Origin: Patescibacteria group bacterium
GTDB taxonomy: Bacteria; Patescibacteriota; Minisyncoccia; Phycocordibacterales; PALSA-1337
Direction: 5' to 3'
Length of the DNA: 64,000 bases
NCBI GenBank assembly: GCA_038065395.1
Contig: JBBTRB010000004.1
Span: 70,042-134,041 of the forward strand
Shown here: piece by piece, positions 55,498-64,000 of the stretch
Position numbering within the stretch: the first letter of the stretch is position 1
Layout: each line of letters starts with the position of its first letter
The notes under the pieces: generated by a model
Databases searched by the model: none
Told to the model about the DNA's origin: nothing
What the model saw: the letters and a program-made list of their open reading frames with translations, nothing else
Translations under genes and position numbers: made by a program

Positions 55498-55540
55498 TTT
55501 TATCGTTTCTTTAACCTAAATTTATACGGATTTCATCTCA
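55498..55540 (+). promoter_or_regulatory. 43-bp operator copy upstream of proS
   Basis: TTTTATCGTTTCTTTAACCTAAATTTATACGGATTTCATCTCA; no -10 at the usual 6-nt spacing. Confidence 0.7.
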
Positions 55541-55577
55541 GTAGAGAAAAAATCGCTTTTACGGTATCATTTTACCC

Positions 55578-56813
55578 ATGAAACAATCCCACCTATTCAC
55601 TCGTACTCGTCGTGAAGCGCCAAAAGACGAAGTGGCCAAGAATGCAGAGCTCTTGATCCGTGCAGGGTATATATCAAAAGACATGGCAGGAGTGTATTCT
55701 TTTTTGCCGTTGGGGGTACGGACTCTCAACAAGATCGTACAGATCATCCGTGAAGAGATGGATGCCATCGGCGGCCAAGAGATCCATCTGACATCACTCC
55801 AAGACAAGAAGACCTGGGAGACCACGGGGCGCTGGAGTGACGAAGTTGTCGACAACTGGTTCAAAACAAAACTCAAGAATGATACCGAGGTAGGTCTGGC
55901 CTTCACTCACGAAGAACCGTTGACGCTCCTCATGAAAGATCATATTCGTTCATTCCGTGACTTGCCTGCACTGCCGTACCAGTTCCAGACCAAGTTCCGC
56001 AACGAAGCACGCGCCAAGTCGGGTATCTTGCGTGGTCGTGAATTCTTGATGAAAGATCTCTATACATTCTCTCGTGACACTGCTCAACATGAAGGTCTCT
56101 ACGAACAAGCAAAACAAGCCTATCGACGTATCTTCGACCGACTCGGTATTGGAGGTGATACGTATGTGACATTCGCCAGTGGTGGGTCTTTCGCAAAATA
56201 CTCCCATGAATTTCAGACGGTCTGTGAAGCCGGTGAAGATATGATCTATGTCCATGAAGGCAAGAAGATCGCGGTGAACAAAGAAGTCTTGAATGATGAA
56301 GTGTTGGCTGATCTCGGGGTAAAGAGAGAAGAATTGGTAGAGAAAAAGGCCATAGAAGTCGGAAATATCTTCAGTCTCGGTACCAAGTTCTCCGATGCGT
56401 TCGAGCTCTCATACCAAGACGAAGATGGCACCTCCAAGTCAGTAGTGATGGGTAGTTATGGTATCGGTCCATCTCGTGTGATGGGAACGATCGCTGAGTT
56501 GTGGTCCGACGACAAGGGCCTCGTCTGGCCAGAAGCCGTGGCACCATTCAAAGTTCACCTCATCGCTCTCTACGACAAAGCCGGCAAGGTCAAACCAGTT
56601 GTCGAAGAGCTCTATACGCGTTTGACCAGTGCGGGTGTCGAGGTCTTATATGATGACCGTGAAGTCGGTGCAGGCGAAAAATTCAGCGACTCTGACCTCA
56701 TCGGTATTCCTCGAAGGATCATCGTCAGCGAAAAGACCCTAGCTACAGACTCTGCTGAGGTCAAAGACAGACAGACGGGGAAAGTGGAGATGATGAAGTT
56801 GGAAAAATTATAA
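55578..56813 (+). CDS. proS: Prolyl-tRNA synthetase (no editing domain)
   Basis: THEE, KFRNEAR, REFLMKDLY, IEVGNIF, MGSYGIG. Confidence 0.96.
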   Translation: MKQSHLFTRTRREAPKDEVAKNAELLIRAGYISKDMAGVYSFLPLGVRTLNKIVQIIREEMDAIGGQEIHLTSLQDKKTWETTGRWSDEVVDNWFKTKLKNDTEVGLAFTHEEPLTLLMKDHIRSFRDLPALPYQFQTKFRNEARAKSGILRGREFLMKDLYTFSRDTAQHEGLYEQAKQAYRRIFDRLGIGGDTYVTFASGGSFAKYSHEFQTVCEAGEDMIYVHEGKKIAVNKEVLNDEVLADLGVKREELVEKKAIEVGNIFSLGTKFSDAFELSYQDEDGTSKSVVMGSYGIGPSRVMGTIAELWSDDKGLVWPEAVAPFKVHLIALYDKAGKVKPVVEELYTRLTSAGVEVLYDDREVGAGEKFSDSDLIGIPRRIIVSEKTLATDSAEVKDRQTGKVEMMKLEKL

Positions 56814-56828
56814 TTATATTTAAATAAC

Positions 56829-57131
56829 ATGACACCACAACAAATAATCTTTCTTATAGTTTTAGCTACAACAATTTACATAATGATTAAAGAGAAGAAG
56901 TCTGTCTCCTCAGGTCAGACTTCCCAGGAGCCTCTTACGAAAAATTTAAAAATAATAATTTGGGTTTTGTGCATACTTAATCCTCTTATTGCCGGAACAA
57001 TTCTTTACTATGGTTGGAAAAAGAAACTCCCTATAAAGGCTCATAAGGCAAATCAGATTTCTCTCTGGGCATTTTTCATCCTTCTAGTCATTGGAATTGG
57101 ACTATTCTTTGTTCTTCCTCCGAGTTTGTAG
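56829..57131 (+). CDS. Small membrane protein
   Basis: 100 aa, 3 TM, YYGWKKKLP.KA..AN. Confidence 0.7.
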   Translation: MTPQQIIFLIVLATTIYIMIKEKKSVSSGQTSQEPLTKNLKIIIWVLCILNPLIAGTILYYGWKKKLPIKAHKANQISLWAFFILLVIGIGLFFVLPPSL

Positions 57132-57135
57132 AATA

Positions 57136-57252
57136 AGAAAAAGCCCACCTTACTGTTTATTGCAGATAAGGCGGGCGGAACCTTTGAACCGCGAGACTGT
57201 TAGACCAAGATACCGATAAACCATAAGACAGCTAAACCGTCGAACTGTTCCA
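57136..57252 (-). ncRNA. Candidate ~115-nt sRNA
   Basis: TTGACA(57287-57282)-17-TAGATT; minus-strand terminator 57143-57176 plus U-run. Confidence 0.45.
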
Positions 57253-57323
57253 AGGAACAATCTAACAAAGCAATCGCGAAGTGTCAATTCCTGGGATACA
57301 GTCATATATGATAGTGTTGTCCT

Positions 57324-58388
57324 ATGGATTTCAAAGAGCGTATTCAACACTTTCTCAATCGTTTCTCCAATGAGATCGGTATCGATCTCGGTACTGCCAA
57401 CACGCTCGTCTATGTGCGTGGCAAGGGTATCGTCGTTGACGAACCTTCGGTAGTAGCAGTGAACCAGAAGACCGGACAGGTAGTGGCGATCGGCAAAGCC
57501 GCAAAAGAGATGCTCGGTCGCACCCCGCAACATATCGTAGCTATTCGTCCGCTCGTTGACGGTGTGATATCTGACTTCGAAGTCACCGAAGAAATGCTCG
57601 CCTATCTCATGAAGCGCGCAGGGGAGTTCATGCCTCGCAAACTCCTCGGCCCACGAGTGGTCGTCGGTATTCCGTCGGGTGTCACCAATGTCGAGGCGCG
57701 TGCTGTCCGTGATGCAACCAAGAACGCAGGTGCACGCGAAGTACATATCGTAGAACAGCCGATGGCAGGAGCGATCGGTATTCGTCTGCCGATCCACGAA
57801 CCAGTCGGAAGTCTGATCATCGACATTGGTGGTGGTACGACTGATATTGCGGTGATATCACTCGGCGGCATCGTCCGCTCCAAGAGTCTGCGTATCGCTG
57901 GCGACAAACTCAACAACGACATCATTTCTTATATTCGCAATGAATTCAAAATCCTGATCGGTGAGACGACTGCAGAACAGGTCAAGCTTGCCGTCGGTGC
58001 AGTCATCCCTGGAGATCCACTCGAGACAACGATCCGTGGTCGAGATCTCATCACCGGTCTCCCTCGTGAAGTTGTGATCACTGACTCTGACATCCGTGAG
58101 GCGATGAATCATTCCATTTCTATACTTCTCGATGCTACGCGCGAAGTCCTCGAGACAACACCACCAGAGATCTTGGCAGACATCATGCGTCGGGGTCTCT
58201 ACATGGTCGGTGGAGGAGCGTTGATCAAAGGCTTGGCAGAACTCATACATGATACCTTCAGGCTCCCTGTGACAGTGGCAGATGAACCATTGACCGCTAT
58301 TGCACGTGGTGCCGGTATCATCCTCGAAGATCTGGAGAAATATCGCAGTGTCCTTATCCACGAAGATGATGTATCTCATACCTCATAA
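57324..58388 (+). CDS. mreB: Rod shape-determining protein MreB (paralog 2, mreBCD-mrdA operon)
   Basis: GIDLGTAN, RPLVDGVISDF, DIGGGTT, VGGGAL. Confidence 0.96.
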   Translation: MDFKERIQHFLNRFSNEIGIDLGTANTLVYVRGKGIVVDEPSVVAVNQKTGQVVAIGKAAKEMLGRTPQHIVAIRPLVDGVISDFEVTEEMLAYLMKRAGEFMPRKLLGPRVVVGIPSGVTNVEARAVRDATKNAGAREVHIVEQPMAGAIGIRLPIHEPVGSLIIDIGGGTTDIAVISLGGIVRSKSLRIAGDKLNNDIISYIRNEFKILIGETTAEQVKLAVGAVIPGDPLETTIRGRDLITGLPREVVITDSDIREAMNHSISILLDATREVLETTPPEILADIMRRGLYMVGGGALIKGLAELIHDTFRLPVTVADEPLTAIARGAGIILEDLEKYRSVLIHEDDVSHTS

Positions 58389-59178
58389 TGCATCACGAAG
58401 GGGTAGACGTGTCCTCATCCTGGTCGTCGGGGTATGTGTGCTCGTCGTAGGCTTCACCTATCTCGTCATACCGCATGTTTTTGCAGGTATGGTCACGGCT
58501 CTAGCAACACCTTTTTGGCGAGCATCATTCTCGATAGAGAGTGGGGCACTGCGATCTACTCCACAGCTCCTCGAAGAGCTCGAGTCATTGCGTAGGGAAC
58601 ATGCAGACTACGAGGTTCGTCTCGAGACGATCCGTGCAGTCGAACGAGAGAACAGTGAACTCAAGAAGATCCTCGGTCGAGATATGATCATCTCAACGAC
58701 GTCAGCGCAGATAGAAGATCAGGGACTCCTGGCCGCAGTGCTCAAGCGCCCACCGATACAAGTCTATGATGAGTTGATAGTCGATGTCGGGAGTGACGAC
58801 GGAGTGACCTCGGGGGATCTCGTCTATGCACCTGGCAGGGTACTCGTCGGCAAGGTGAGCTCGGTGCTCGGCTCCAGTGCGCATGTACTCCTCTTCTCGT
58901 CTCCGGGGCAGCAGTACGAGGTCATGATCGGTTCGCATCATATCCCTGCCACGGCGGTCGGTCGAGGTGGAGGTCAATACGAAGCCCAGGTCGCTCGTGA
59001 TATATCCGTGACAGAAGGAGACTTTGTCGAAGTACCGTCTCTGGATGATCGACCATTCGCTACGGTGACTACGGTCATATCTGATCCGACACAACCGTTC
59101 AAGACGATCCTCTTTGCTCCGACGGTCAATATGTATGAGCTACGCTGGGTGATGGTAAAGAAAAAGACACATGACTAG
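58366..59178 (+). CDS. mreC: Rod shape-determining protein MreC
   Basis: TM, coiled coil ERENSELKKILG, DVGSDDGV..GD, LVGKV; operon position. Confidence 0.9.
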   Translation: MMYLIPHNASRRGRRVLILVVGVCVLVVGFTYLVIPHVFAGMVTALATPFWRASFSIESGALRSTPQLLEELESLRREHADYEVRLETIRAVERENSELKKILGRDMIISTTSAQIEDQGLLAAVLKRPPIQVYDELIVDVGSDDGVTSGDLVYAPGRVLVGKVSSVLGSSAHVLLFSSPGQQYEVMIGSHHIPATAVGRGGGQYEAQVARDISVTEGDFVEVPSLDDRPFATVTTVISDPTQPFKTILFAPTVNMYELRWVMVKKKTHD

Positions 59179-59431
59179 TACATTCGTTCGTATTATATTC
59201 GGCCTCCTGCTCGGTGTCAGTGTTCTCAATGGCTGGTGGCTCGTCGCTCTGCCTCTGTGTGCACTCGGTGTATGGTTCTTTCCTTTGTATATAGAATGTA
59301 TCATTGCGGGAATTGTATTTGATGCGTTGTTCGGACTCACGCCGGGTATCGGTCTCTGGGCGTATGTTGGTACGATCGGGTCAGTTGTCGTATTTGGTGT
59401 TGTCGGATTTTTCAAGAACAAGATGAGGTAG
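59171..59431 (+). CDS. Small membrane protein at the mreD position
   Basis: 86 aa hydrophobic, AGIVFDALFG resembles MreD G...D. Confidence 0.6.
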   Translation: MTSTFVRIIFGLLLGVSVLNGWWLVALPLCALGVWFFPLYIECIIAGIVFDALFGLTPGIGLWAYVGTIGSVVVFGVVGFFKNKMR

Positions 59432-59457
59432 AGGATTATCCATGATACGATACCCGT

Positions 59458-61197
59458 ATGCCTCATTCTTGGAAAAAGTTTTTCATACGTCGCAGGCGCA
59501 GAAGTCATGAGATCGACCCAGACCAGGTAATGCTCGACTCGAGCAATCTGCCCAACTTCGACACGTCACAGTTCGAGGGTCGTATCACCAAACCGATCTC
59601 GCTCGTAGCACTCTACGGTGTGGGGGTATTTTTCCTGTTGTGTCTGGGAGTATTCATATTCCAGGCGGGGACACTGCAGATAGTCCAAGGTCAAGAATAT
59701 CGAGAGAGGAGTGAGCGCAACACGTTGCGACCGATACCACTCTTTGCGGGGAGAGGAGTGTTGTACGACCGCAACGGTGTCACGCTGGCATGGAACGCGC
59801 CACATGATGTGAGCACTCCAGATGCTCAGGCCACCTCGTCTCTCTTTTCGAGTGACCTGGTACCACAACGCGAATACGCAACTTCTTCTGGTCTCTCGCA
59901 TGTACTCGGATATGTAAAATATCCTTCCAAAGACAACAATGGTTTTTATTACCAAGGTGATTTCGAAGGAGTCGATGGAACAGAGGAATATTTTGATGAA
60001 CGGCTCAAAGGGGAAAATGGTTCGCGACTGGTTGAAGTCGATGCGCGTGGCAATGCGCTCTCGCATAATACGATCCGTCCACCACAACAAGGAGAGAGTG
60101 TAACACTCTCGATCGACTCGAAAGTTCAGTCGGCCCTCTATCGCAACATCAAAGACATCGCCGAGCGAGTCGGATTTACCGGTGGCGCTGGGGTGATCAT
60201 GGATATTCACACCGGAGAGCTGATCGCCCTGACCAGTTATCCAGAATACGATTCGCAGGTTATGTCCGACAAGACGGACTCTACGGCAGTACGTGCGATG
60301 CTCAATGATTCACGGCTTCCATTCCTGGATAGGGCGGTCGACGGTCTCTACACCCCTGGATCGATCATCAAGCCCTACATGGCACTGGCCGCGCTCAATG
60401 AAAAGGTCATCGAACCTACTACCGTCATCACTTCTAGTGGCTCGATCTCGATACCCAACCCATATGACAAGACAAAGTCGACGATATTCCGTGACTGGAA
60501 ATCTCATGGACCAGTCGATATGAGGAAGGCTCTGGCGGTGTCGTCTGACGTATATTTCTATATTGTCGGCGGAGGATACAATGATCAGAAAGGTCTCGGG
60601 GTTGCACGTATCGATGCGTATCTGATGAAGTTCGGATTCGGTGCACCCATAGGCGAGTCATTCGTCAGTGGCAAGACAGGTGTCATCCCGACTCCACAAT
60701 GGAAAAAGGAGACCTTCGATGAAGATTGGTACCTCGGAGATACGTACAACACCTCTATCGGTCAATATGGCTTCTTGGTGACACCGGTACAGATGGTACG
60801 AGCAGTTGCCTCGGTCGCCAATGGTGGCAGAATACTGACTCCTCATATAGAAAAGACCAATACTCCAGAAGTAGAGAGTACGGTCGATATCCCTGAAAAT
60901 TATTTCAAGATTGTACGCGAAGGTATGCGCATGAGTGTGTTGCCCGGAGGCACGGGAGTAGCGCTCAGTGTGCCGTATGTAGAGATTGCTGCCAAGTCGG
61001 GTACCGCAGAGCTCGGTGTAGCAAAAGACAAGGTCAACTCATGGATCACCGGCTTCTGGCCATATGAGAATCCACGCTACGCCTTTGCGGTGATGCTCGA
61101 GAAGGGCTCAGTCCACAACCTGATCGGTGCAGCCGCAGCGACCCGTCAACAGCTCGACTGGATGCATCTCAATACGCCAGAGTATTTCGAGGAGTAA
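59458..61197 (+). CDS. mrdA: Penicillin-binding protein 2
   Basis: PGSIIK (SxxK), SSD (SxD), KSGTAE. Confidence 0.95.
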   Translation: MPHSWKKFFIRRRRRSHEIDPDQVMLDSSNLPNFDTSQFEGRITKPISLVALYGVGVFFLLCLGVFIFQAGTLQIVQGQEYRERSERNTLRPIPLFAGRGVLYDRNGVTLAWNAPHDVSTPDAQATSSLFSSDLVPQREYATSSGLSHVLGYVKYPSKDNNGFYYQGDFEGVDGTEEYFDERLKGENGSRLVEVDARGNALSHNTIRPPQQGESVTLSIDSKVQSALYRNIKDIAERVGFTGGAGVIMDIHTGELIALTSYPEYDSQVMSDKTDSTAVRAMLNDSRLPFLDRAVDGLYTPGSIIKPYMALAALNEKVIEPTTVITSSGSISIPNPYDKTKSTIFRDWKSHGPVDMRKALAVSSDVYFYIVGGGYNDQKGLGVARIDAYLMKFGFGAPIGESFVSGKTGVIPTPQWKKETFDEDWYLGDTYNTSIGQYGFLVTPVQMVRAVASVANGGRILTPHIEKTNTPEVESTVDIPENYFKIVREGMRMSVLPGGTGVALSVPYVEIAAKSGTAELGVAKDKVNSWITGFWPYENPRYAFAVMLEKGSVHNLIGAAAATRQQLDWMHLNTPEYFEE

Positions 61198-61283
61198 AAA
61201 GCCTATTCTTCTATTCTTTTACATGATATACTAGAGTCCTTACTGTTTTAATGCACATCTTAGACCCCTAAGAGCTTTTTATT

Positions 61284-61751
61284 ATGTCCAACGAAGCACA
61301 ATATCTGACCCAAGAGAAACACACAGAACTTACCAAAGAACTCACCGTCCTCAAGACAGAGCGTCGCAAAGAAGTCGCCGAGCAGCTCGAATATGCCAAG
61401 AGACTCGGAGATCTCTCTGAGAATGCCGAGTACCACCAGGCTCGCGAAGAACAGGCTGAGGTCGAAGACCGTATCGGACGTCTTGAGAATCTCCTCAAGA
61501 ACGCAACCATCACCAGCGTCCACAGCAAAGACGTCGTCACTATTGGTTCTACCGTCAAAGTCGAGAAACAAGGTGAAGGCAAGACAAGCCTCTTCACCAT
61601 CGTTGGTTCCGAAGAAGCAGACACTATGCAAGGCAAGATATCCAATGTATCGCCACTGGGCTCTGCACTTCTCGGTCACAAAAAGGGCGATCAGGTCACC
61701 GTCGCTACTCCAAAAGGCAAGATGATCTACGTCATTTCGGCTATTCAATAA
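61284..61751 (+). CDS. greA: Transcription elongation factor GreA
   Basis: GDLSENAEY, SPLGSALLG. Confidence 0.97.
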   Translation: MSNEAQYLTQEKHTELTKELTVLKTERRKEVAEQLEYAKRLGDLSENAEYHQAREEQAEVEDRIGRLENLLKNATITSVHSKDVVTIGSTVKVEKQGEGKTSLFTIVGSEEADTMQGKISNVSPLGSALLGHKKGDQVTVATPKGKMIYVISAIQ

Positions 61752-61760
61752 TATACTCAT

Positions 61761-63203
61761 ATGGCTTCACTCGAAGAACTTCGTGCAATTCGCCTAGCAA
61801 AACTTGAGATTTTGAAGAAAAATGGCATGGAAGCCTATCCCGTTTTTGTCCCACGTAGTTTGAGTCTTGCTGATGCGCAGAATAATTTCGATGAACATGA
61901 AACCTCCGCAAAGGAAATTTCTCTTACGGGTCGCATCAAAGCAATTCGTGGGCAAGGTGCTATTTTCTTCCTTGTATTAGATGACGGGTCGGCAACATTT
62001 CAGGCTGTTATCAAAAAAGATGTTCTCGACCCTCGTCTATTCGAATTGTTTAATCAAACAGTCGATATCGGAGATATTATCGGTGTTACTGGTACATTCT
62101 TCAAAACTCAAAGAGGGGAGAAGAGTCTGCAGGTTGCATCGTGGGTCATGGCCTCAAAATCACTTCTTCCATTACCAGAAAAGTGGCACGGCCTTCAGGA
62201 TCTTGATGAAAAGTTTCGTAAACGATATTTGGATTTCATCATGGATAGTGATGTACGAGATCTTTTCAAGAAAAAAGCTCTGTTCTGGACGGCTACGCGT
62301 CGTATTTTAAATCAGGCTGATTTTCTTGAAGTAGAAACTCCTACACTGGAAACTACGACGGGAGGTGCAGAAGCAAACCCATTCGAGACATATCACAACG
62401 ATTATGATATGGAAGTCTTTTTGCGTATTTCTGTAGGTGAATTGTGGCAGAAACGTTTGATGGCGGGAGGTTTTCCTCGAACATTTGAGATCGGGAGAGT
62501 ATACCGTAATGAAGGTTCTAGTCCTGAACATACGCAGGAATTCACTAATATTGAATTTTATGCTTCTTACATGTCTTTTGATGAAGGGGTAATGTTTACT
62601 GAGAAATTGATAAAAGATGTAGTTCAAGAATCTTTCGACACTCTCTCTTTTGAAAAGTTTGATTTATCGGGCACATGGAAACGTATTGATTATGTTGAGA
62701 CGGTGAAAAAAGAGACGGGTATTGATATTCTTTCTGCATCAGAAAAGGATTTGGAAAAGAAAGTGAAAGAACTTGGCATATCATTTGATGGTACAAATCG
62801 AGAACGACTGACGGATACGCTTTGGAAATATTGTCGCAAACAAATTTCTGGACCTGTCTGGTTAATGGGTCATCCAAAACTTGTTTCACCGCTCGCAAAA
62901 TCAGATCCATCTAATCCAGAAAAGACATTGCGCGCACAACTTATTCTCAACGGTGCTGAAATGGCAAATGGATACGCGGAACTTAACGATCCTATTGAAC
63001 AGCGAGAACGTTTCGAACAGCAGCGAAAACTTATTGATAAAGGAGATAAGGAGGCAATGATGCCTGATTATGAGTATGTAGAAATGCTCGAACATGCCAT
63101 GCCCCCTGTATGTAGTTTTGGTTGGGGAGAAAGGCTATTCGCAGCACTTGCTGGACGGCCACTGCGCGAGACTCAAATGTTTCCTTTGATGCGCCCGAAG
63201 TAA
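61761..63203 (+). CDS. lysS: Lysyl-tRNA synthetase class II
   Basis: PLPEKWHGL, RKRYLD, GGAEANPF, YRNEG, ELNDP, FPLMRP. Confidence 0.97.
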   Translation: MASLEELRAIRLAKLEILKKNGMEAYPVFVPRSLSLADAQNNFDEHETSAKEISLTGRIKAIRGQGAIFFLVLDDGSATFQAVIKKDVLDPRLFELFNQTVDIGDIIGVTGTFFKTQRGEKSLQVASWVMASKSLLPLPEKWHGLQDLDEKFRKRYLDFIMDSDVRDLFKKKALFWTATRRILNQADFLEVETPTLETTTGGAEANPFETYHNDYDMEVFLRISVGELWQKRLMAGGFPRTFEIGRVYRNEGSSPEHTQEFTNIEFYASYMSFDEGVMFTEKLIKDVVQESFDTLSFEKFDLSGTWKRIDYVETVKKETGIDILSASEKDLEKKVKELGISFDGTNRERLTDTLWKYCRKQISGPVWLMGHPKLVSPLAKSDPSNPEKTLRAQLILNGAEMANGYAELNDPIEQRERFEQQRKLIDKGDKEAMMPDYEYVEMLEHAMPPVCSFGWGERLFAALAGRPLRETQMFPLMRPK

Positions 63204-63258
63204 GTGATCTGTGAATATTCAAATTGTTATTTGGGGTGTACTGTACTAAAATGGTGGG

Positions 63259-64000
63259 ATGATTGGTCGACATATTCTGAATTTCTTGCGCGTCGCTGGT
63301 ACAAGCCTCTTCGCTCTGGCGCTGCTCTATAGTTTCGTCGCTATACCGAATGCTCATGCGGTCTACCCACTCGGTACCGAAGTCATCTTGTATCACTTCG
63401 AAGATACTGCCACAGGAACAACGACTGATGCTATAACAGCAACAACCACTAACAGTGGTTCGGGTGGCACTGCGTACGACGGACTACTCGTCAACAACGC
63501 GAGTACCACTGCAGCTTCGAAACTCTTCGGCTCTCGGAGTGCGATCTTCTCGGAAACACTCGATTTCATGAGGACATATTTTGGTAGTGGTGTTGACCCG
63601 ACCACACAGTCGGTCTCGGTGAGTTTCTGGGTGAATAAAAACAACAATACCTGTAACAGTGGTGATGACGATCACCTGTTCGGAGTTAGCGGCTCACCGA
63701 CTGCCAACCGTTTCTATATCCGTTGTCGTACATCTACTACCAACAAATGGGGATATCGTATCCAGGGCAATGCCGAAGTCTTCTCAACCAATACGATCGA
63801 TCCTGCTGCATGGACGCACATTACGCTTGTACTCAATGCATCGACAGACACGGCAACTTTTTATATAAATAACGTTGCTATCGGTAGTCCGGTCGCATAT
63901 ACAACATATACATTACCTGGCATGTTCTATGTGGGGAACTTCAATGATATGGCACTAGATCTGTCACAAGGTTCGGGTGCATATATCGATGAAGTGGCGA
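63259..64000 (+). CDS. Secreted LamG/concanavalin-like domain protein (runs off window)
   Basis: Signal peptide ending AHA; LYHFED, SVSFWV, WTHITLV, FYIN, YIDEV. Confidence 0.85.
   Translation, partial: MIGRHILNFLRVAGTSLFALALLYSFVAIPNAHAVYPLGTEVILYHFEDTATGTTTDAITATTTNSGSGGTAYDGLLVNNASTTAASKLFGSRSAIFSETLDFMRTYFGSGVDPTTQSVSVSFWVNKNNNTCNSGDDDHLFGVSGSPTANRFYIRCRTSTTNKWGYRIQGNAEVFSTNTIDPAAWTHITLVLNASTDTATFYINNVAIGSPVAYTTYTLPGMFYVGNFNDMALDLSQGSGAYIDEVA

Noticed and set aside
1987-55540. CRISPR array from the 43-bp repeat
   Set aside because: Copies are kilobases apart, on both strands, with no spacer periodicity and no cas genes.
61761-63203. lysS and truB look AT-richer than their neighbours (possible gene replacement)
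   Set aside because: Impression only; no mobility signatures, and it cannot be quantified by eye.

Overview
Chromosomal window of a small-genome bacterium. Gene content and style (short RpoD, compact type IV pilus genes, intron-split tRNA-Asn, apparently leaderless genes) suggest Patescibacteria/Parcubacteria; this is inference. Housekeeping genes (rpoC 3' part, dnaG, rpoD, hisS, typA, rnr, fmt/def, priA, murA, two mreB, mreC, PBP2, frr, rseP, proS, greA, lysS) are interspersed with a compact pilus operon, a GH130 mannoside cluster, two orphan 7TM histidine kinases and small accessory ORFs. The main unexplained signal is non-coding and occurs three times on the minus strand (about 4378-4636, 15949-16203, 50125-50389). 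Each copy has a 43-bp PhoB/OmpR-like operator with an extended -10, then a bulged 5' hairpin. A ~71-nt D-armless tRNA(Ala)/tmRNA-TLD-like RNA follows (G3.U70, A73, T-arm, CCA or CC) with a locus-specific loop in place of the anticodon. Immediately downstream is a sigma70 promoter and a ~65-nt terminated RNA whose 5' end is complementary to the loop of its own tRNA-like partner. The same operator precedes an orphan MazF, the pilus ATPase, the major pilin and proS. Other notable items are several promoter/terminator-bounded structured ncRNA candidates, an interlocked inverted-repeat element between priA and murA, and a GIY-YIG gene between duplicated tRNA 5' exons. All calls were made by eye, without database searches.
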